Part shown: piece by piece, positions 56,028 to 64,000 of the stretch | Layout of the letters: the number at the start of each line of letters is the position of its first letter | How positions within the stretch are numbered: position 1 is the first letter of the stretch | Source: Felis catus | Lineage: Eukaryota | Reading direction: 5' to 3' | DNA length: 64,000 nt | NCBI RefSeq assembly: GCF_018350175.1 | Contig: NC_058383.1 | Coordinates: forward strand, 12,774,001-12,838,000 | Translations under genes and position numbers: made by a program | The notes under the pieces: model-generated | The model's database searches: none | Told to the model about the DNA's origin: nothing | The model's input: the letters and a program-made list of their open reading frames with translations, nothing else

Positions 56028-56756
56028 CGTCTTGGGGGGGGGTGGTGGGGTGGTGTCAGTGCTAGTGTCATTTTTATGGGCTAATGCAACAGAATTCTTT
56101 CTTAGGGGAAATGGTAATTTAATTGGATGCTGAGGAACAGAAAGATGTTTCAGGCATTTCTTGTATTGTCATGTGTAACCACATACTTAATTTATAATGC
56201 CTACAATAATGTGTGCTTATGTAGCACCATTGTCAAAAGATTACAAAGGGCATTTATAACAGTTTATTCTCAGAACAGCCTTCTGAAGCAGGAAGACTGT
56301 TTATGCACACTCTCCAGAGGTGTGAAAGGCTGAGGAGAGCAGGGCACTGCCAGTGACTGTTCCTTAATTGAGGTGTGCTTGGAGCCTGGGTTTATTGTGG
56401 CTAAGGTAGACCAGTGGAGAGAGGCAACTTTTTAATCCTTTCAATTTTACTTTTAGTTCTTCGTTTAAAAAATTGTATTTGTGAACAAGTGTGTTGGGTA
56501 CGTAAATTACCAAGATGTCTTCTGTGGTCTTTAGCTGCTTGTTTGTTCCTAAGGTATTGGGTCACAGACACTTGAATTTAGAGGAAGTTTATGATGATAG
56601 TGGACATTTGTTGAGCACTTACTGTGTTCCAACCACTGTTAATTGTCGTAACACTAAAGTTGTCACTCTTATTGTCCCCATTTACAAACGAGAAGTGAGA
56701 CACTGAGATAATCAGTAACCTGCCTGAAGTAGTACTGCAGATCTTGGGCCATTTCA

Positions 56757-56817
56757 TTTTTTTTTTTTTAAGTTTATTTATTTATCTTTGAGAGAGAGAA
56801 AGCGCAAGTGGGGAAGG

Positions 56818-56854
<37 letters not shown>

Positions 56855-56988
56855 GAACAGAGGGATTCCCAAGCAGACTTCACACCCATCAATGTGGAGC
56901 CCGATGTGGGGCTCAGACTCACGAACCATGAGATCATGACCTTAGCTGAAGTTGGACACTTAACTGACTGAGCCACCCAGGCAACCCT
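56757..56988 (-). mobile_element. SINEC
   Basis: Poly-T, (GA)n linker, gactgagccacccaggcaaccc. Confidence 0.93.
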
Positions 56989-58311
56989 CATTTTGATGTG
57001 TATGTTTTACCACAACCTGTTTGAGAAAAGTGGATGATCTCCATTTTATAGGGAGTGAGGGAAATAGTATATGAGAAGCTAATGGGGTATCTTGGTGAGC
57101 TTTGCTTGGACTGAAAACTTGGAGGTGGCGATTTAATAATAAGATTTAGTCCTCAAACAAGGCACTTTACTTTTGGGCCTCCAGACCTATAAAATGAGAA
57201 GGTGACATTCTGTCCGGTAGAGTCACACAGTGTTAGCTTTTGGAGGAAACTTTGTTTGAATCTGTACAATTCTTTGAGTCTATATAATTCTTGTGTACTT
57301 TGGACTCAAATAGGCTTATGTGTCTTGGGCCCACTACTTACAAGACCTGCCAGCTTACCTCCCTTGTCTCAGCATATTTTATTATTTATAACATGGTGTC
57401 CTAGTTCCTCCTCTCTTCAGGGTTGTTTTGATGATAATGCATGTAAAGTACTTAGCTCTAAACCAAGGGTAGGTGGGATTCTCATTAATTGATTCAAATC
57501 AGGGGTCACACAGGAAGCTGGGCCTGGGGGAGAACTCCAGCATCTTGACTCCCCTGAGCCCTGCTTTCCTTCAGCACACAGGCCATGTTACTGGGTTGAG
57601 GAAGATCTTACCGTGATGAGATATCCTGACTTCTCAATAGAAACTATCAGCCTCATCAGGTTGTCATCTGTATGAAATATAGTGGCTTTAATGAGGAATT
57701 TGTTGTTTTCATGAGATAATTTCCTAAAATAACTGACGATGGTAGACTGAGCACCACGAGGGTAGGGCACCTGCTGCCTGCAGTTTTCACCTTGTACTGT
57801 GCAGGGGGCTGGGATACCTGGGGTCGAGCATCATTTATTGTGTGAAGCAAGGAAGGAGTGAACAATCTCATTGAGCTGTAGAAAATGGGAATGAGAAAGG
57901 GAACGGGAGTTTTAAAATTTCAGTTTTGTAGGAAAGAGGAAATTTAGGCACCTCTTTGATCAGGTAGGTTAAGCCTACTTTCTAAATCACCGGGTCTTAC
58001 AAATTGGGCATAATTTGCACCTTGAAGGTATTGCATATGTTCTTCTGTTAAGAACATATTTTTATTGTAAAGCAGAATTTTATCCAGGTCAAGAATGTCT
58101 TCTAAATTAGAACATATTCATTCCTTTTTTGTGGTTTGTGTGTAGAGTCAAAACTTGTCAGGAAGGTTTAACAAAGGCTGGGCTTCTAACATTGTGGGGT
58201 TCTCACTGGCAGCTGTAAACTTGCTGTAAGCTAGCCACGAGTACATGTCTGGTTGTGAATCACAGCATGACCTTTCAGGGAAAACAAAACAAACCGCCAA
58301 ACAACACTAAT

Positions 58312-58348
<37 letters not shown>

Positions 58349-58573
58349 TTGGTATCAGGATCGTAAACTCTAACTCTTAACAGTGTGTCAGGCCACTTGG
58401 AGCAGTTTGGGCAATTTCCTTTCCCTGTTTTCGTTTGTGCAACACATGGATATATATATATATCCTTCTTTAATAACGTATTGTGGAAAAACATTAAAGT
58501 TTGTCTTCCACTAACTTAAGGTATATTGGTGGTTTCCTAATCATCGTGGAACTTTATAAAAACATAGATTTCT

Positions 58574-58805
58574 GGGGTGCCTGGGTGGCGCAGTCGGTTA
58601 AGCGTCCGACTTCAGCCAGGTCACGATCTTGCGGTCCGTGAGTTCGAGCCCCGCATCAGGCTCTGGGCTGACGGACGGCTCGGAGCCTGGAGCCTGTTTC
58701 CGATTCTGTGTCTCCCTCTCTCTCTGCCCCTCCCCCGTTCATGCTCTGTCTCTCTCTGTCCCAAAAATAAATAAAAAACATTGAAAAAAAAATTAAAAAA
58801 AAAAA
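58574..58805 (+). mobile_element. Young SINEC_Fc-type SINE inserted in a MER5-like element (~58527-58930)
   Basis: TSD acatagatttctg on both sides; flanks gtggtttcctaa... and ctactgaatctgaatctct...gtgattct...tttggaaacca. Confidence 0.93.
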
Positions 58806-59029
58806 ACACATAGATTTCTGAGTACCACTTAAATAGCTACTGAATCTGAATCTCTCAGAGAGTGAGACCCAGGAATCTCTTCTGAAGAGCACCTCGAGTG
58901 ATTCTTTGATTAATCATATTTGGAAACCATTAAGACACAGAATTGTAATATTGTGTGTGTGTGTTTTTTTTATTCATCCATTTATTCTTACCCATGTATC
59001 CATGTCTTATGGACTGTTTTTTTTTCTTG

Positions 59030-59249
59030 TTTTTATTTATTTGTTTTGAAATATACAAGCGGGGGAGGGGGAGAACGAGAGGGAAGGAGAGGGGGAGAGA
59101 GTGAGAGAGGGAGAAAATTCCAAGCAAGCAGGCTCTGTGTTGTCAGATGTGAGCCTGGTGCGGGGCTTGATCCCAGGAACCGTGAGATCACTACCTGAGC
59201 TGAAATCAAGAGCCTGACGCTCAACCAACTGAGCCACTCAGGCGCCCCC
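59030..59249 (-). mobile_element. SINEC
   Basis: ttttatttatttgttttga...gagatcactacctgagctgaaatcaagag...gagccactcaggcgcccc. Confidence 0.92.
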
Positions 59250-60024
59250 ATTTATACATGTTTTCAGTAGATGACAATTGGTCACTCATGGGACATGATT
59301 TTCTTAAGAACTGGGTATAGAAACCAGAATTAGGACACAATCCTTGCCCGCTCCCACAGTCTGGCTTAGAAGTTTTTAACTTTTGGTTGTGCTTTAAAGG
59401 ATTCACAAACTTCCCAAAAGTCATGGGCAGGAGATGTTGTGTACACACGTTTTTCTAGCTTTCATCAGACTCTCTAAGGGGTCAGTGACCCATAAAATGT
59501 TAAGAACCCAGGTCTAGTGCTTGTACAGCTGTTCAGCTGTTTTGAAAATGGTGGAAGAGGGTGATGTTTCTGTTGCCACCTACAATGTTTTTGACCTTTT
59601 GAGAGGTAATAACAGTTTGAGAATTGCACCTGTTTTCTGCCCTACTGAAAATATTTGAAAAGAAGAACACATAGTATAACACCTGGATTGTGGTCAGAAG
59701 AAGACCAGGGGCTATGGAAAATATCTCTTTGGTGAACTGCATCAAAGTTAAATGTTCGAGAGAGGCTCACAGTGAAGCAGCCCAGTGGTCGCTCTCGTTG
59801 AAGAAGCTCTTAGCCAGGATAGCATAGGCAAGGTGCACCCCACTCTTCTTACAGTTTATAATTAGCTGAATTATCGATAAAAACTTCCACTCCATGGATA
59901 TACATAAAGACTAACTTATTTATGTTGAGTCCTACCCCCAGCATGTTCATTGAATTGCTTACTTCCAAAATAACTTTACCAGCTATACTGCTGGTTCATC
60001 CTTAGCTCCTAAAATCCCCACGTA

Positions 60025-60267
60025 GGGGCACCTGGGTGGCGCAGTCGGTTAAGCGTCCGACTTCAGCCAGGTCACGATCTCGCGGTCCCTGAGTTCGAGC
60101 CCCGCGTCGGGCTCTGGGCTGATGGCTCAGAGCCTGGAGCCTGTTTCCGATTCTGTGTCTCCCTCTCTCTCTGCCCCTCCCCCGTTCATGCTCTGTCTCT
60201 CTCTGTCCCAAAAATAAATAAACGTTGAAAAAAAAAATTAAAAAAAAAAAAAGATTCTAAAAAATAA
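60025..60267 (+). mobile_element. Young SINEC_Fc-type SINE
   Basis: TSD taaaatccccacgta 60010-60024 / 60268-60282. Confidence 0.96.
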
Positions 60268-63039
60268 TAAAATCCCCACGTAACCCTGTTTGTCACAGAA
60301 CGGAATTAGATATTAGAGAAGTCCATTGTGAACTGCTGCAGAAGGTTTACTTAGCAAAATACTGGAACACCCCTTATGTATAATATTCTTATCCCTAAGG
60401 ATAATTTTGTAATTCAATTTTAATTAAGGTTCTACTCTTCTCTTCTTGTGGCTTCATATGCTTCTTTGGGGAACAAAAATTCTTTAAATATTGAAGCTCT
60501 GGTAATGCTACATTTTAGGGTTGGATAGATTTGGATGAACAGGGCAGTCAGTGGAATTAAATGTTATTAATGGGTAAAGTTCTTTGTCCATTTATTTGGA
60601 TATTGTTCTTTTGGGGCCAGGAGGAAGTTAGAGACCATTATTGTCACTGAAGTCTTACAGTGTTTTTGTAGGCCGTTCAAATGTCTGTATTACCTGTTTT
60701 GTACTTTTATATATAATGTCTTGCATTATTCATTATTTTTCAAAAAGTGAATATTTTATCTAAGTAGATTTTAACTTAATTGGATGGTGGTTATGTGTTC
60801 TAAGTCTTTATAGTCTTGCCATTATTTACCATACTGAGCACATAATAGTAAACATTTGATTAATTGGATGGGTTGAATACCTTTGAGTCCTGGACTCTGA
60901 AGAGACCAGAAGATGGACTAAATCTGAAATAAGAACTTGATACATGCTTAGAAAGATAGGAATGTAAAAATGGGTTGGCAAGTCTGTCCCTTAGGCTTAT
61001 ATTTTATATTCTCTTGTTTTTTTAGTGTTCATAGAAAGCTGAGCCAGCTTATATATTTTTTAGTTCTTTCAAATCTTAAGCATTCAGAATTCCAGTTACA
61101 ACAGAATTTTATGTATGCACAACAATTAATGTTCATTTGGCAACTATTTAAATGGAGTGAAACTTGAGAGTTTTTTAAATTATTTCTTTTAAAAAGAAAG
61201 GAGATCTCACCCCAGACTTGATCACTAAAAGATATCTGCTAAGTAAACAGATGTTACCCTTCACCTGTCTTATCAGCTATATTTGGGTGGAGGGAATATT
61301 GGAGGCTTTTAATGAATGTTTGACTATTATCCATTTATCTTGAAAATCAGGATTCTTAGGCTTGAGGGAGAGGGATCAGAATGGTGAGTGGATTCATCAC
61401 AAACTGTGCTGTGTGACAAGTGGATCTAGGAAAGTGTCTCGTGCAGAAGAGGTGGTTCAGGGGATACATGGTGGCTGCCTTAAAGCATTTACAGGGTTGA
61501 TTTCATGAAGAGGGATTTAGATGCAGGTGGCCACTCCTCCTCCCATGGGAGGTACAATTAGGCATTCCATATAAAAAGAATACATTACTAATAGTGCTCT
61601 CTCCAGGTCTTGAATTCCAATTGCTGAAGGCATTCAAACACACTTATCACTCACCTGGATTATTGTGATGGGAGTTAACACCAGGAATTAGTGACCTTCC
61701 CAAAGAAACTATGATTATATGACTTTTAAAACAGAGTGTTCTAGAATAAGTCTACTCATGAGTAGTTCAAAGTCCCTATCTGCTCCTTGTACATTCATAT
61801 TCTTTTTAAAGGACTCTGTCTTAGGTGCTGTTTACTTAATTTCATGGTCGTCTTGTGTGTTGAATTGGAACAAAACTAAGTTTATCCAGTCCTCCAGGTA
61901 CGTAGGTCTCATCTCACAGTCTGAGCTCTTAAAGGGGAAGGTCATTTGAGAGCAGCATCTTGGCATATTCTTTATTGTCTGTGTGTTTGCAAATCAAAAT
62001 GGGAATTGAGTTCACTAATTTGGCATAAGCATGTTTTCATTTGAAATCACTTAAGTGACATCTTTAAGGAAGATATTCATGCTTTATTTACCATAGGGTT
62101 CCCCCACCTCTTTCCTTTAAACACCACCACCGCCACCACCACCAACAACACCCAGCCAGTTTCAAGGCTGAAAAGATATTTTGTGATGGCTGCAAACATG
62201 CCTGCGAGTAACAGTTTGGTCTTCAGTTACACCTCACCGTTGACCTAGACGGGGGCAATGTGGGGCAATGCGTTATTAGAGAAAATGGATATTTTGTAAG
62301 ATGAGGGTTTTTTTGTTTTTTGTTTTTTTTTTTTTCCTGGTGGGTGTGTGGGTGGGAACAGGGGGGTAGAGTTGTGCACGTGGATCACTAGTACTAGAAA
62401 AGCTGAAATGAATTCTTCAGCCCTGAAATACCAGAGGGCACTGTGGATTAATGTTCTGGCCCTAATTCAGCCTCCCATCTCTTCACATACTTGGCACTGA
62501 TTTGTTCATCTCAGAACTGAAGTCTTAAGGATTAAGAGGGGAGAGAAGAGAAATGCATCATTTTCTCTGCCAAAGGAGGTACTTAAACTAGGAAAAGAGG
62601 AGGGGACGTTAACAAATCAAGCCTTGGCAAGGAAATCTGTCATGAATCAGCAATGACTTGGAAAGCCTCTGTAGCCTTATTTTACAAAACTAAACATTTG
62701 CCACTACCAACACTTGTCTCTTGCTTACCTTTAGGATCAGCTTCAGGTCCCTCTATGGAGGGAATGAATTCTTTTTTTGCCCATTTTGACAACATTAGGT
62801 AATTAATTTACAAGGAGCTCAATTAGACTCCGGCCCATACAGTGTTGTGCATGGCCTTTTTAAGAGCCTTTGTTTTGATGCTAATTGAACTGGTTGTAGC
62901 AGAGACAGCCAAACAATTTACATTTATCTTTGGCAGGACACAAGGGCTCTCCCTTGGTATGGACAGCTGTATTTTCTTTTTTCCTTCTACCAAGTTTGGT
63001 ACTAAAGTGCTGTGTGCTTATTTTAATTTTCTAATTTAA

Positions 63040-63680
63040 AAAGCTTTGAAAATGACAAGAGCCACATATATTGTAGACAAATTGGAAGATTTAGATAGAT
63101 AAGGAAGAAAATAAAGATCATGGATAATCTTAATGCTGAGAGGAAACCAGTCACAACCTGGCATTTGTCTTTTTGTAATTTCTCCCCATATAAGGAAGTG
63201 CATGCATCTGTATACATACATGTTTGTTTGTTTGTTTGTTTATTTATTTATTTATTTATTTTATAAAAGTGGGATCACAGCATATAAACATATTGGTAAT
63301 GTCCTTTTTTCTACTTAGTAAGTTGTAAATACCTTGACATTTCATAAAAGATTATTCTGCATTTAATAGCTGCATAGTAGTCTGTTATGTGGATTTACCA
63401 AAACATACTTAACCAATCTGTTATTATTGGATACTGAAGCTTATTCTGTTTTTTTTTTTTAATATTATAACCAGCGTTTGACATATATTCTTATTACTAA
63501 GTCTTTGTTAGGTTCTTTAATTATTAGCAACAGGCAAATTACTAGATATTGAGTTACTTGGATAAGGGCATGCATGTTTTTAAATTTTTTTTGATGTATA
63601 CTGCCTAATGGTTGTACCATGTTTCACACTGACATGCAGTACATGTGAGCTTTATGTTTATTCTTGATACACAGAGTATC
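63040..63680 (-). mobile_element. Old L1ME-like 3' fragment
   Basis: atttaatagctgcatagtagtc...ttaaccaatctgttattattgga...ggataagggcatgcatgttttt...ggttgtaccatgtttcacact. Confidence 0.65.
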
Positions 63681-64000
63681 GAAAGCCTTGACTCAGGGGT
63701 GGGTTAAATCCTGATCAATAATTTTGCTCTTGCTCCTAAAATTTAGATCAGCCTTGTATATTTTATATTCCCAACATTAGGTCAGTGTTTTCATTCATTC
63801 TTGTTTTCTTGTTTTGAAGAGATATAGAATAAAAAAAGCAAGTGGCTGCTTCATTAAGACAGAAGTGGTCTGTTTTTCCCCAGGGAAGACTCTGAAGCAA
63901 CTTTTCCCATATGAATAAGAACTGACCTAAAGAAATAGACTAAAATCAAAGCAGGAAGTGGATCGCTTTGCCCAGTGTATGAAAAATAAATTTGTATTTT

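Overview
Mammalian genomic DNA from a felid (cat-type SINEC_Fc tRNA-derived SINEs and a carnivore L1 throughout). The window spans the 5' end of AUTS2 on the + strand. Bases 1-28,000 are repeat-rich upstream DNA (about 28 carnivore SINEs, several nested; L1, MIR, L2, MLT2 and hAT relics). A CpG island at ~28,000-30,900 holds the promoter, a long 5' UTR and the first coding exon (ATG 30332, 309 nt, donor GAG|GTAAGG at 30640/30641). The remaining ~33 kb is the start of the very large intron 1. No other protein-coding gene, RNA gene or CRISPR-like array is supported; the other ORF-track entries come from SINEs, microsatellites or GC-rich frames. I found no convincing novel biological system. The best leads are regulatory: uORFs and G4/pyrimidine elements in the 5' UTR, a Z-DNA/NRF1-like tract in the promoter, a candidate poison exon in intron 1, a perfect 37-bp duplication creating a nuclear-receptor site, a SINE-free zone round the promoter, and nested SINE insertions. 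Repeat subfamily names are by eye and repeat boundaries are approximate.
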